DNA of 64,000 nucleotides, taken from the NCBI GenBank assembly GCA_041742355.1, contig JBGSIV010000139.1:511-64510 (forward strand), given 5' to 3'. Shown here piece after piece: positions 1 to 9,406 of the stretch. The translations under genes and the position numbers were made by a program. This DNA comes from Candidatus Zixiibacteriota bacterium. Its GTDB lineage: Bacteria > Zixibacteria > MSB-5A5 > GN15 > FEB-12. Below the pieces are notes generated by a model. That model made no database searches. It saw only the letters and a list, made by a program, of their open reading frames with translations, and had not been told where the DNA came from. Every line of letters starts with the position of its first letter. Position 1 is the stretch's first letter.

Positions 1-3000
1 GCCGAAATTGCCGGAGCTGTTGACAACGAGCTGCGTCAGCGTCGTCGCGATCGTGTCGAGCACTTCGTTCTCGCAGATGTCGCCGATGCCGTTGAGGTTG
101 ACATCTTCCTGGCCGGGGTTGAACACCGACGGGCAGTTGTCGACATCGCCGCAGAGTCCGTCGCCGTCGGCGTCGTTGCCGCCGTCGTTCGGGCAGGCAT
201 CGCACACATCGCCGATCGTGTCGCCGTCGGCATTCGCCTGATCGACATTGGGAATCGAGGGGCAGTTGTCGCAGTCATCGCCACGGTTGTCGCCGTCGAG
301 ATCCGCCTGCGAGACGTTCGCGTGCGCCGGGCAGTTGTCGCAGAGGTCGCCGTAGCCGTCGGCATCGACATCCCGCTGGTCCGGGTTGACCGTGACGAGG
401 CAGTTGTCACAGGCATCGCCGACGCCGTCGCCGTCAGCATCCGTCTGTGCCGGATTCGGGGTGGTCGGGCAGTTGTCGTTGATGTTCGCTATGCCGTCGC
501 TGTCAAGATCCCCCGCCTCGCAGGCATCGAGCACGCCGTTGCCGTTGATGTCGTTCGGCGAGGCCGGGAGGAAATCCAGCCCCGAGGCCTGATTGATCGC
601 GCTTGAGCCGCGGACGAACGAACGGTAGTACTTGCCGAGATCGGAATGGTACTCGTAGACGCGCGAGGTGCCGCCGATAAACAGGTTGCCGTTGGGGCCG
701 ACCCGCAGTCCCCAGGGGCGGCTGATCCCGAATTCGTCGCTGAAGACGCGGACGAAAGCGCCGGTCACGGCGTTGTACTCGAGTATCTGGTTGTTGTTGT
801 ACGACGCGACCACGAGGTTGCCGTTGGGGAGGAAGGCCATCCCGCGCGGGCCGGTGAGCCCGCCTGAGCCGGCGGACACGAACACGCCGAGGGGGGATCC
901 GGCCGCGTCGTAGCGGTAGACCGCGTTGGCGGTGTTGCTGTTGACGTAGAGGGTGCTCCCCGGCCCCATCACCATACCGTACGGCTGGCTCAGCCCGCCC
1001 GCTCCCGGCGTCACGAGGTTGCCGAGATAGGCGCCGGTCGTGCGGTTGTACCGCCGCACCGCCGCGTTGGTCAGGTCAAGCACGAGGAGTTCACCCGAGG
1101 TGGAGATGAGCAGCCCCGAGGGTTGGCCGAGTCCGCCCGAACCGGCGGCGACCAGCGCGCCGACCGTGCCGCTGTTCACCGTGTGGCGAAGAACCTGGCC
1201 GGTGCTGGTCGAGAGATACACGTAGCCGCCGTTGGGATCGGCCACAACATCGTACACGCCCGCCACCGGGCCGCCGCCGTAGGTGCCGATCAGCACCCCG
1301 CTGGCTTCGTGGAACTCCGACAGGCCGCTGTTGACCCGGTCACCGGTGAACAGGTTGAACTGGTTGTTCATGTCCATCCAGTCGGGCGCGACGTTGCCGT
1401 CGCAGTCCTGGCACTCGTCGAGCACCGTGTTGCGGTCGATATCCAAAGCCAGGTTCGCCTGAATTTCCGCCCAGTCAAGCGCCGCATTGCCATTGCAGTC
1501 GGGGTCGCATTCGTCCGGCACAAAGTTGCCGTCGGCATCGGCGGCGATCAGGTTCCACGTTTCCGCCCGGTCGGGGTAGGCATTGGCGTTGCAGTCGAGC
1601 TCGGCGTTGTCCGGAATCCCGTTGCCGTCGACATCCGGCATTCCGCCGCTGATATCGGCCGGGTCGAGAATTCCGTTGTTGTTGCGATCTTCGCATTCAT
1701 CCGGGATGCTGTTGCCGTTGACATCGGCGCTTACCGCGCCGGAGATGTCGAGCGCATCATCGACGCCGTTGCCGTTGCAGTCGAACGGATGGCAGCCCGC
1801 GAAGTAGGTGGTCGAACGAATCGTGCCGGCTACCCGGCGGTGCATGTGGAGGGTGATGTTGCGCTGGTATCCCGGGAACGTGTGGCAGTAGCTCATGATC
1901 GTTCCCTGCGCCGGCGATCCGTTGCCGCAGTTGTCGATGAGGGGGGAGTACTGCGCGTCGTGCGTGTGGTAGGTGCCGCAGTTGTGGCCCATTTCGTGGG
2001 CGGTCACGTTCACATCCCAGTTGCCGTTGTCGGGGGAGGTCACCGGGGCGACAAAACTCCCGTTCAGGAGCGCGTCGATACCATACGCGCCGCCGCAGGT
2101 ATTCGAAATGTAGGCTACGCCGCCGTAGGGTGTGTCGCGGCGGCCGGAAAACATGTGGACGATGTTGTAGGGACTCGGATCTTCATTGGTGTTCCAGTAG
2201 TCGGCGAATCCGCCGAGGTCGCTGGGGTTGAACGGCTCGCCGCCGGAAGGCCAGAGCCGGGCAAATCGCACGAAGAGCCGGAGGTCGAGATCGCGCACGT
2301 AGATGGCGCTGACGGCTCCCATGAGCTGGACGATGTAGTCGGCCGCCGCCACCGTGCTGCCGAGCATGTACACGAACTCCTCGTCGGCGTCAATCGCGAC
2401 ATACAGGAGTTTCGGCCCGGCCGAGGTCACGATCATCGCCTCTTTGGCCATCTCGACATCACGGTCGAACTCGCTTCCCGGCTCGGTGCCGCAGAACGGC
2501 ACGTCCAGTTCGCCCACACCGGAGGATTTGCGGACAGTGGTCAGCCGGGGGGCCAGCACCGTTTGCTGCATCGGCGTTCCGACCATAAAGAGCTCGCCTC
2601 CCCTGTCGACAAAACCGTTCACCATCCCGGCGGGGGAGACCGCGAGGTAGGCCGACGAGTGTGCCTCGCCGTACACTGTTCCCCGGTAGAGCACGACTTC
2701 CGGGCGGGCGATCGGCGTGTTGCCGTTCGGGCCGCCGATCATAAACCGGGCATCGGGCGCGATCACCTCGAAGCGCTCAAGGTCGAGCGTCACCCGCTCA
2801 TCCGCCGGCAGCGGCAGTTCGAGATACTGGCGGCTCTCGGAGGCCTGCAAGCGGGAGTAGAGGCCCGGGTCGACCTCGACCTGCACCTCTTCCCGGATGG
2901 CATCGGCGGATTGCACGGAGAAGGGCCGCTGGACCTCGCCGATGACCGGGGCGGTATCGGCCGACACGGCGGCGGGGACCAGGAGCACTCCGGCCAGGAT

Positions 3001-3051
3001 GACCGCGCACGCGGACAACCGGCGGAGAAGCGATAGCAGACTGCGGCTCAT
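1..3051 (-). CDS. Secreted zinc metalloprotease (HExxH) with NHL-type propeller repeats and thrombospondin type-3-like Ca-binding repeats. The 3' end runs off the left edge.
   Basis: Absent from the ORF track because no stop lies in the window. Hand translation of the minus frame gives ATG at 3049-3051 preceded by GGAGG. The N-terminus MSRSLLSLLRRLSACAVILAGVLLVPAAVSAD is a signal peptide. VNVTAHEMGHN lies at 1984-2013. GSPLGVFVSAGSGGLTGPRGMAFLPNGNLVVASYNNNQIL (781-900) is NHL-like. DLDGDNRGDDCDNCP-type repeats fill 1-600. The frame is identical at all three checkpoints. The 1123..3036 plus ORF is its shadow. Confidence 0.8.
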   Translation of the reverse strand, partial: MSRSLLSLLRRLSACAVILAGVLLVPAAVSADTAPVIGEVQRPFSVQSADAIREEVQVEVDPGLYSRLQASESRQYLELPLPADERVTLDLERFEVIAPDARFMIGGPNGNTPIARPEVVLYRGTVYGEAHSSAYLAVSPAGMVNGFVDRGGELFMVGTPMQQTVLAPRLTTVRKSSGVGELDVPFCGTEPGSEFDRDVEMAKEAMIVTSAGPKLLYVAIDADEEFVYMLGSTVAAADYIVQLMGAVSAIYVRDLDLRLFVRFARLWPSGGEPFNPSDLGGFADYWNTNEDPSPYNIVHMFSGRRDTPYGGVAYISNTCGGAYGIDALLNGSFVAPVTSPDNGNWDVNVTAHEMGHNCGTYHTHDAQYSPLIDNCGNGSPAQGTIMSYCHTFPGYQRNITLHMHRRVAGTIRSTTYFAGCHPFDCNGNGVDDALDISGAVSADVNGNSIPDECEDRNNNGILDPADISGGMPDVDGNGIPDNAELDCNANAYPDRAETWNLIAADADGNFVPDECDPDCNGNAALDWAEIQANLALDIDRNTVLDECQDCDGNVAPDWMDMNNQFNLFTGDRVNSGLSEFHEASGVLIGTYGGGPVAGVYDVVADPNGGYVYLSTSTGQVLRHTVNSGTVGALVAAGSGGLGQPSGLLISTSGELLVLDLTNAAVRRYNRTTGAYLGNLVTPGAGGLSQPYGMVMGPGSTLYVNSNTANAVYRYDAAGSPLGVFVSAGSGGLTGPRGMAFLPNGNLVVASYNNNQILEYNAVTGAFVRVFSDEFGISRPWGLRVGPNGNLFIGGTSRVYEYHSDLGKYYRSFVRGSSAINQASGLDFLPASPNDINGNGVLDACEAGDLDSDGIANINDNCPTTPNPAQTDADGDGVGDACDNCLVTVNPDQRDVDADGYGDLCDNCPAHANVSQADLDGDNRGDDCDNCPSIPNVDQANADGDTIGDVCDACPNDGGNDADGDGLCGDVDNCPSVFNPGQEDVNLNGIGDICENEVLDTIATTLTQLVVNSSGNFG

Positions 3052-3241
3052 GAAATGTCCTCCAGGGGCATGGGTATGTTCAGATATGATCAGTCAACGC
3101 AAAAGGAACAGGCGGTTGGGGCAGGATCCCGGCGGACCGGGCGGTGAGGAAGGCCCGGCGGCGTTCTTCCCGCTGCGCGGATCTATATGTAGTAAAATAC
3201 TCTTTGTTCGGCGGCGTGTCAACGCTGAAGAACGCCCCGCT

Positions 3242-3820
3242 CTACCCGCGTGCGGCAAATTCCCGGTCGAGCAAACCGAAGACGATAGCGTCGTACCAGC
3301 GCCCCCGAAGGAAGCAGTCTTTCCGCCAGCGTCCCTCGATACAGAACCCCAGTTTCCGCAACAGCCCGGCCGATGCGACATTCGGCGCCAGCGCGAGGGC
3401 CGACACGCGGTGCAGGCGGAGGTCCCGGAAGGCGAAACGAAGCGCCAGGCGAATCGCTTCTTCGGCCAGCCCCTGCCGCCGAAACTCCCGTCCGATCCAG
3501 GCTCCCAGGTCGGCGTGACGGTCGGCCCGGTTGATCTCTTTAACCCCAATTACTCCAATCACCTCGGCTCGCTCGGCCAACTCGATCCCGAAGTAGTACC
3601 CGTCGCCCGAACGGGCTTTCTCAGCCGATTTCCGCAGCACTTCCCGCGCCTGCGCCTCGCCGAACGGATAGGCCAGATTGGGCATCCACCGCGACACCTC
3701 GGGATGCCCGGCATAATGGCAGAGCGAAGGAATGTCCTCGGCCCGAAGATCGCGGAGAATGACCCGTTTGCCGCGCAGGGTCGGCACAACCTGAAGCCGA
3801 CGGTCCGTCTTCGGTGTCAT
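3242..3820 (-). CDS. GNAT family N-acetyltransferase (RimJ/RimL-like)
   Basis: 192 aa. The acetyl-CoA loop IGREFRRQGLAEEAIRLALRFAF fits the R-x-x-G-x-A pattern. It is a paralog of the next gene, and its start overlaps that gene's stop by 4 nt. Confidence 0.8.
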   Translation of the reverse strand: MTPKTDRRLQVVPTLRGKRVILRDLRAEDIPSLCHYAGHPEVSRWMPNLAYPFGEAQAREVLRKSAEKARSGDGYYFGIELAERAEVIGVIGVKEINRADRHADLGAWIGREFRRQGLAEEAIRLALRFAFRDLRLHRVSALALAPNVASAGLLRKLGFCIEGRWRKDCFLRGRWYDAIVFGLLDREFAARG

Positions 3821-4419
3821 GATTTCGTTCCCCGGCTCCGGTATCCCCGCGGCGAATACTCCTCCAGCAGAAGGCCGTAGGTGTACTCGTCGACATACGC
3901 CCGTCCGATCCGGCGCTTCTCCCGGGCCACGACCTCGCGTTGGAACCCGGCTTTCTCCAGCAGCGCAGCCGAACCGGTATTGGTGGCCACGACGATTGCG
4001 AACAGCCGGTGCAGCCGAAGTTCGTCGAACGCAAAACGGACAATCAGCCGCAACGCCTCTTCGGTCAACCCCTGCCGCCAGTACGGCCGGGCCAGCCAGT
4101 AGCCGATCTCGGCGTTACGATCCTCGGCATTAATCCGGTTGAGGCCGATCATGCCGACAATTTCGCCGGTCTCCCTGAGTTCTATCCCGAAGTGGTAGTC
4201 GGTCCCCGCTTCCGCCATATCCCGCGTGATTCGCACCCACTCGTGCGCATCGTCGACACGGTACGGCTTCGGCACTCTCGGCAGCCAGCGGTTCACGCGG
4301 CTGTCGCTCAGGTAACGGTAAATCGATGCCGCGTCCATCGGGCGCAGGGCGCGCAGGGTGACGCGTTCTCCCTCCAAGGTTGGTACGCGCCTGATGCTGA
4401 TTTCCGTCCGTTTCGCCAT
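3817..4419 (-). CDS. GNAT family N-acetyltransferase (RimJ/RimL-like), tandem paralog
   Basis: 200 aa. It contains LARPYWRQGLTEEALRLIVRFAF and is collinear with the 3242..3820 product. Confidence 0.8.
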   Translation of the reverse strand: MAKRTEISIRRVPTLEGERVTLRALRPMDAASIYRYLSDSRVNRWLPRVPKPYRVDDAHEWVRITRDMAEAGTDYHFGIELRETGEIVGMIGLNRINAEDRNAEIGYWLARPYWRQGLTEEALRLIVRFAFDELRLHRLFAIVVATNTGSAALLEKAGFQREVVAREKRRIGRAYVDEYTYGLLLEEYSPRGYRSRGTKS

Positions 4420-4441
4420 GTCCCCTCGGCCGCGAAAGGCC

Positions 4442-4927
4442 CTACCCTTGCGCGAGTTCGGCCAGTTTCTCCGCCACCTGCTGCGCGTGGCCCGCCGCTT
4501 TCACATTCGGCCAGACATGCGCGATCTTTCCCTTCGGGTCGATCAGGAAGGTCGAGCGGATCACGCCGACCACCGGCTTGCCGTACATCATCTTCTCGCC
4601 GTACGCGCCGTACTTCTCGAGCACTTTCCGCTCCGGATCGGCCAGCAGCGTGATCCTGAGGTTGTGCTTCTTCGCGAACTTCTGGTGGCTTTCGACCGAA
4701 TCGGGGGAGATCCCCAGCACGACCGCGTTGAGACTCTCGTACTGCTTCAGGCTGTCGGTGAACTCGCAGGCTTCGGTCGTGCAGCCGGGGGTGTCATCTT
4801 TCGGGTAGAAATAGACGACCACCCAGCGGCCGGTGAAATCGGCCAGGCTGACTTTGTTGCCGGTCTGGTCGGGCAGGGAAAGAGCCGGGGCTTTTTCCCC
4901 GGTTTCCGGGACGCTTGTTTTCGCCAT
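4442..4927 (-). CDS. bcp: Thiol peroxidase Bcp (peroxiredoxin, AhpC/TSA family)
   Basis: WVVVYFYPKDDTPGCTTEACEF carries the peroxidatic Cys motif. I chose the internal start MAKTSVPETGEKAP (ATG at 4925-4927) over the 216-aa track ORF, whose N-terminal extension is low-complexity. Confidence 0.85.
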   Translation of the reverse strand: MAKTSVPETGEKAPALSLPDQTGNKVSLADFTGRWVVVYFYPKDDTPGCTTEACEFTDSLKQYESLNAVVLGISPDSVESHQKFAKKHNLRITLLADPERKVLEKYGAYGEKMMYGKPVVGVIRSTFLIDPKGKIAHVWPNVKAAGHAQQVAEKLAELAQG

Positions 4928-5010
4928 AGCGCACACTCCGCGTTGTTGGTTGACGGTTCCGTTGATTCCCCTGTAACCACCGGATCCGCCGTTTGCTCCC
5001 GCCGACCGGC

Positions 5011-5463
5011 TCAGGATCGTGCGAGGAGCTGCTCGATCGTTTTCTCCAGGCGGCGCAGACGGGTCTCGGGCTTTTTCGCCTCTTCGATCCACTCGACATA
5101 CTCCCGCTTGTGGGTGTAGCTGAGTGTCTCCCAGACCGCCTGTGCCGCCGTGCTTCCCTTGAGGGCCTTCTTCAGATCGGGCGGCGGGGTCACCGTCCTC
5201 GGCGCGGTGTCGGGGGCGACCGTGATGCTGAGCGTGTCCCCCGCCTTCACCCCGGCCGCGTCGCGGTGCTCCTTACGGATGCCGATGAGGTACCGCCCGC
5301 CCATCGAGAAGATCGTGGTGCGAAAAGCGTACCGGCCGATAGTCACCACCACCGGCGCGCGCACTTTCCCGAACTGCTCCTTCGGGTCAAACGGCAGGGT
5401 GACCCAGCAGTGATTGGCTTCGGCGGCCTTCTCCAGCGTGACTTTGCACTTGATGCTTTTCAT
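5011..5463 (-). CDS. DUF1905 / YdeI-like protein
   Basis: The C-terminal 150 aa of the 341-aa track ORF, starting at MKSIKCKVTLEK (ATG 5461-5463). WVTLPFDPKEQFGKVRAPVVVTIGRYAFRTTIFSMGGRYLIGI matches the DUF1905 pattern. HKREYVEWIEEAKKPETRLRRLEKTIEQL matches the YdeI C-terminal pattern. Confidence 0.7.
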   Translation of the reverse strand: MKSIKCKVTLEKAAEANHCWVTLPFDPKEQFGKVRAPVVVTIGRYAFRTTIFSMGGRYLIGIRKEHRDAAGVKAGDTLSITVAPDTAPRTVTPPPDLKKALKGSTAAQAVWETLSYTHKREYVEWIEEAKKPETRLRRLEKTIEQLLARS

Positions 5464-5610
5464 CGGATCTCCTCGCGAATGAGCCGAAGATACACGCGCC
5501 GCTGCATTGCGGCAAGCGCCTTTCCCGATTCGCGCCGGCCGCGGGAACCGCGAGAGAGGGCCGGCTGTTGCAACGACAATAACTCCACGACGATCAGATA
5601 GGATGCCATC

Positions 5611-6213
5611 ATGCGCCGTCAAACGGCCGTCTTGCTCGTTCTCGTTGCGATGACTATGGGACCCGGCTGCAGCGCGGGCGAAAAATCCGCTCCCGCCCCG
5701 GCAAAAACAGGAGACACCACCATGAGCGCCGACTACCGCACGCTTCCCCTCGAAACCATCACCGGTGATACCACTTCGCTGGCTGCCCTGCACGGCAAGG
5801 CCATCGTGCTGGTGAATGTCGCCAGCGAGTGCGGCTACACCCCGCAGTACGCCGGTCTCGAAGAACTCCACCGCTCGTACAAAGACAGCGGCCTCGTGGT
5901 CATCGGCTTCCCGGCCAACAACTTCGGCGGCCAGGAGCCGGGCACGAACAGCCAGATCCTGAAGTTCTGCACGTCCAGGTTCGACGTCACCTTCCCGATG
6001 ATGGCCAAAGTGAGTGTCAAGGGGGCCGACAAGCATCCTCTGTTCATCTGGCTGACCGAACGATCCCCGCTTCCCGGTGAGATCAAATGGAACTTCTCCA
6101 AGTTTGTGCTCGACCGCGAGGGGAATCTGGTTGCCCGGTTCGATTCAGGTGTGGAACCTATGTCCGAGGAGATGCGGGGTGCGGTCGCGAAAGCGCTGGT
6201 TCCGAAAAGTTAA
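5611..6213 (+). CDS. Glutathione peroxidase (Cys-type), probable exported or lipoprotein form
   Basis: Contains LVNVASECGYTPQY, GFPANNFGGQEPG and WNFSKFVLDREG. The N-terminus MRRQTAVLLVLVAMTMGPGCSAG is a signal sequence with a Cys. Confidence 0.85.
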   Translation: MRRQTAVLLVLVAMTMGPGCSAGEKSAPAPAKTGDTTMSADYRTLPLETITGDTTSLAALHGKAIVLVNVASECGYTPQYAGLEELHRSYKDSGLVVIGFPANNFGGQEPGTNSQILKFCTSRFDVTFPMMAKVSVKGADKHPLFIWLTERSPLPGEIKWNFSKFVLDREGNLVARFDSGVEPMSEEMRGAVAKALVPKS

Positions 6214-6235
6214 TGCTCCACAACCGGTTAATACC

Positions 6236-6264
6236 TTGACGCGATCCCTGCCGGGTGCTACTAT
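6236..6264 (+). promoter_or_regulatory. Sigma70-like promoter candidate for the 6292 gene
   Basis: TTGACG (6236-6241), a 17-nt spacer and TACTAT (6259-6264) lie about 28 nt upstream of the GTG start. This is pattern match only, and the promoter consensus of this lineage is unknown. Confidence 0.3.
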
Positions 6265-6291
6265 GATGAAGATTAGGGAAAGAGGAATGTC

Positions 6292-7047
6292 GTGTCGAAC
6301 GTGAGTACATCGGAATTCAGGGTCGTCACCATCCGGGAATTTCCCGAGCTGCGCGCCGTGACCAACAAGTTGGCGGTCGAGTCGTGGGTGGAATTCATGA
6401 TGCACGATCCGGTCACCAACCACATGAGCCTGCTGTGGGATCGCTGCCCCGAGTACCAGTTCGCCCTGCTCAACGAGCGGGATGAAGCGGTGGTGGCCGC
6501 GAACTCGGTCCCGCTGCCGTGGAATGGCCGGTCGGAAGATCTTCCCGACACCGGCCTTGACTGGATGCTCTCGACCTTTGCCGCCCATGAATCTTACGCT
6601 CACCTGAACCAGTTCGCGATCCAGGTCATGGTGCGCCGCGACTATCTCGGCCACGGCCTCAGCGCCAGAGCTGTCACCGCCATGGGAGAGATCGGTCGTG
6701 CCCACGGGTGCCGCAACCTGTTCGCGCCGGTTCGTCCGAACCGGAAGTGCGACTACCCGCTCATCCCGATGGAGCGGTATGTCCGGTGGACCCGCGAGGA
6801 TGGCCTGCCGTTCGATCCGTGGATACGCGTCCACGCCCGCCTCGGCGCCGACCTTGTCAAGGTCTGCCCGCAGTCGATGTACATTCCCGGCACGATCGCC
6901 GAATGGGAAACCTGGACCGGGCTGAAGATGCCCGAATCGGGATCGTACGTCGTCCCGGGTGCGCTCGTTCCGGTTACCGTGAATCGCGAGAAAGACTTAG
7001 CCGAATACACCGAGCCCAACGTCTGGATGCGCCATCCTTTGGTCTGA
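6292..7047 (+). CDS. GNAT-like acetyltransferase (uncharacterised subfamily)
   Basis: 251 aa. QVMVRRDYLGHGLSARAVTAMGEIGRAHG resembles the R-x-x-G-x-G/A acetyl-CoA loop. The start is GTG. Confidence 0.5.
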   Translation: MSNVSTSEFRVVTIREFPELRAVTNKLAVESWVEFMMHDPVTNHMSLLWDRCPEYQFALLNERDEAVVAANSVPLPWNGRSEDLPDTGLDWMLSTFAAHESYAHLNQFAIQVMVRRDYLGHGLSARAVTAMGEIGRAHGCRNLFAPVRPNRKCDYPLIPMERYVRWTREDGLPFDPWIRVHARLGADLVKVCPQSMYIPGTIAEWETWTGLKMPESGSYVVPGALVPVTVNREKDLAEYTEPNVWMRHPLV

Positions 7048-7128
7048 TTCGCCCGCGCGGCTCCGCGGGTATCCTCAACACGGGTCGCCCGGATTCCGTA
7101 TTACGTACACATTCTATAAGGAAGCCTC

Positions 7129-7827
7129 ATGTCCACAGTGACTTTCGTATCCGGCGCGAACCGGGGAATCGGATTTGAATTCGCCCGTCAGCTCACTGAC
7201 CGCGGCGGTCAGGTGATCGCCGGATACCGCTCCGCCGAGCGCTCCCGCGAACTGCTCGAAATGGCTGAAGGCCACGAGTGCCTCCACGCTTTCCCAGTCG
7301 ATGTCAACAACCAGCGCCAGTTGCGCAAACTGCACCGCTACATCCGCGACACCTTCGACCGCCTCGACCTGCTCATCAATAATGCCGGCATCAACCCCGG
7401 CGCCGGTGTTCCCCTCGATGAAACCGGGATCGATTCTCTCCGCACCGCCTACGATGTCAACGTTCTCGGCCCCCTCCTTGCCGCCCGCTATCTGCGGCCC
7501 CTCCTGACCGGGTCCGACAACCCCCGCATCGTCAACATCGGCTCCCGCGCCGGCGTTATATCGCTTTCCAAAGGGGACAACGCCCCCTATCGCATCAGCA
7601 AGTGTGCCGTGAACATGCTCACCCGTATCCAGGCCCAGGCATACGAACCCGATGGCATCACCGTCGTCGTCATGACTCCCGGCTGGGTTCGAACTGACAT
7701 GGGGGGAACCGATGCCCACCTCAGCCCCGAGGAATCGGTCAGCGGTATGTTGACCGTAATCGACGGACTCACCAAAGATCACAGCGGGCGGTTCTTCGCC
7801 CACGACGGGCAGGAGATTGCGATCTAA
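7129..7827 (+). CDS. Short-chain dehydrogenase/reductase (SDR)
   Basis: VTFVSGANRGIGFEF is the cofactor-binding motif, NNAG is present, and YRISKCAV fits the YxxxK catalytic motif. Confidence 0.85.
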   Translation: MSTVTFVSGANRGIGFEFARQLTDRGGQVIAGYRSAERSRELLEMAEGHECLHAFPVDVNNQRQLRKLHRYIRDTFDRLDLLINNAGINPGAGVPLDETGIDSLRTAYDVNVLGPLLAARYLRPLLTGSDNPRIVNIGSRAGVISLSKGDNAPYRISKCAVNMLTRIQAQAYEPDGITVVVMTPGWVRTDMGGTDAHLSPEESVSGMLTVIDGLTKDHSGRFFAHDGQEIAI

Positions 7828-7858
7828 GCGTTATCCTCGCGCGTAGACGCCCGATCGC

Positions 7859-9373
7859 TCAGATTATCCGGGCCTGCGACCGCAGCGCCCGATCCGCCTC
7901 ACGGCCGACCCGCACCACGATCTCCGGCAGCGCCTTGATATCCTCCAACGTCGTCCGGAAATTCACGACACACACCCGCAGCGCGTAGATGTGACCGATC
8001 ACAGCGTTGCTGAAAAACGCCTCTCCGCCCCGCTCGATCCGCTGGAGAATCTCCTCGTTCAACTGGTTGAGGTATTCTCCGGCGGCTTCATCGCGCCGGT
8101 TGCGGTAATCCTCCGGGACATAGCGGAAGGTGGTGATGCTCAGTACCTGCGTGAGCGCCTCCAGATCCGGCGTTGCCTGCACGGTGCGATAGAGCGCTTC
8201 GGCCAGCCGGATATCGTCCCCGATCATTTCCTCGTACCCCTTGCGTCCCACCTGCTGCAGCGCCAGCCAGACTTTGAGCGCCCGGAAGCCCCGGGAGTTC
8301 TGCGGGCCGTAGTCGAAGTAGTTGATCGCCTCTTCCTCGAAGTGGTAGTACGGCGGATGGTAGGCGAACGCATTGCGCAGCGCCTCGGCGTCTTTCACCA
8401 GCGTGCATCCCGCCTCGAGCGGTGCGTAGAGCCACTTGTGCGGGTCGATCGCGATCGAATCCGCCTCGGCCAAGTGGTGCAGCTCTTCCGGTGCTTCCGG
8501 CACGACCGCGGCGAACCCGCCGTAGGCGCCGTCGATGTGGAACCACATATTGTGTTCGCGGCACACCGCGGCAATCTCCCGCAGTGGATCGACCGCCCCC
8601 GTGCTGACTGTTCCGGCCGAACCGATTGCCACCATCGGCAGGTAGCCGTCATCCTGATCCCGCTCGATCTGCCGCCGCAATTGGTCCACATCCATGCGGC
8701 GCTCGCGGTCGACGCCGATCCAGCGGATGGCGTCGGTGCCGAACCCGAACATATCGGCCGCTTTCTGGATCCAGGTGTGTGTCTCCGACGCGGCGTAGAG
8801 CGTGAGGCGTTCGGCGTTGTCAAAATGCAGCCCGCGCTCGCGCACGTTCCACCGCGCCCTGGCCACCCGGGCCGTGAGGATCCCGTTGAAATTCGCGACA
8901 TTCCCGCCGCTCGTCAGGAGTCCTCCGCACTCGGTCGGGTACTTGATCATCTCGGCGATCCAGCGGATCGTCTGCGCTTCGATCTCCGAGGCGATCGGGG
9001 AGAGCTTCCACCCGCCGACATTCGGGTTCACCGCCGCGGCGAGCATATCGCCGAGCGCCCCGATCGGCGCCGGCGACGAGGTGACGTACCCCCAGAACCG
9101 GGGATGGCCGTTGTAGAGCGAATTCTCGATCAGGAGCGAGGCCGCCCGTTCCAGAAGCGGACCCGCCTCGGTGCCGTGTTCCGGCAGCCCTGCTCCCGCG
9201 TCGAGCCGCTCGCGAATCCGATGCGGCGCGGCATCGATGGTCACCGGCCGGCTGCGCATCGAACCGAGCAGATCGGCAATCCTGTCCACCAACTGGCGCC
9301 CGACCGCGCGAAACTCCTCCGGGGACATCTCGATCGGCGCTCTCCGCCGGGAGAGCCTTTCATCAGCGTTCAC
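7859..9373 (-). CDS. Group II pyridoxal-dependent decarboxylase (aromatic amino acid / glutamate decarboxylase family)
   Basis: 504 aa. Contains HIDGAYGGFAAV and SIAIDPHKWLYAPLEAGC, the latter with the PLP lysine. Confidence 0.85.
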   Translation of the reverse strand: MNADERLSRRRAPIEMSPEEFRAVGRQLVDRIADLLGSMRSRPVTIDAAPHRIRERLDAGAGLPEHGTEAGPLLERAASLLIENSLYNGHPRFWGYVTSSPAPIGALGDMLAAAVNPNVGGWKLSPIASEIEAQTIRWIAEMIKYPTECGGLLTSGGNVANFNGILTARVARARWNVRERGLHFDNAERLTLYAASETHTWIQKAADMFGFGTDAIRWIGVDRERRMDVDQLRRQIERDQDDGYLPMVAIGSAGTVSTGAVDPLREIAAVCREHNMWFHIDGAYGGFAAVVPEAPEELHHLAEADSIAIDPHKWLYAPLEAGCTLVKDAEALRNAFAYHPPYYHFEEEAINYFDYGPQNSRGFRALKVWLALQQVGRKGYEEMIGDDIRLAEALYRTVQATPDLEALTQVLSITTFRYVPEDYRNRRDEAAGEYLNQLNEEILQRIERGGEAFFSNAVIGHIYALRVCVVNFRTTLEDIKALPEIVVRVGREADRALRSQARII

Positions 9374-9406
9374 GTTTCCTCCGATTACCTTCAGGTTGCC
9401 GTCGGG

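Noticed and set aside
1123-3036. 637-aa plus-strand ORF, one of the longer ORFs in the left flank
   Set aside because: It is an Ala/Gly/Arg/Val-rich low-information translation of the kind typical of antisense frames in high-GC DNA. The opposite strand encodes a protein with a signal peptide, HEMGH, NHL and TSP3 motifs in one continuous frame.
5464-6036. N-terminal 191 aa of the 341-aa minus-strand ORF 5011..6036
   Set aside because: This part overlaps the glutathione peroxidase gene on the opposite strand and is compositionally odd. The DUF1905/YdeI homology begins at the internal Met (5463).
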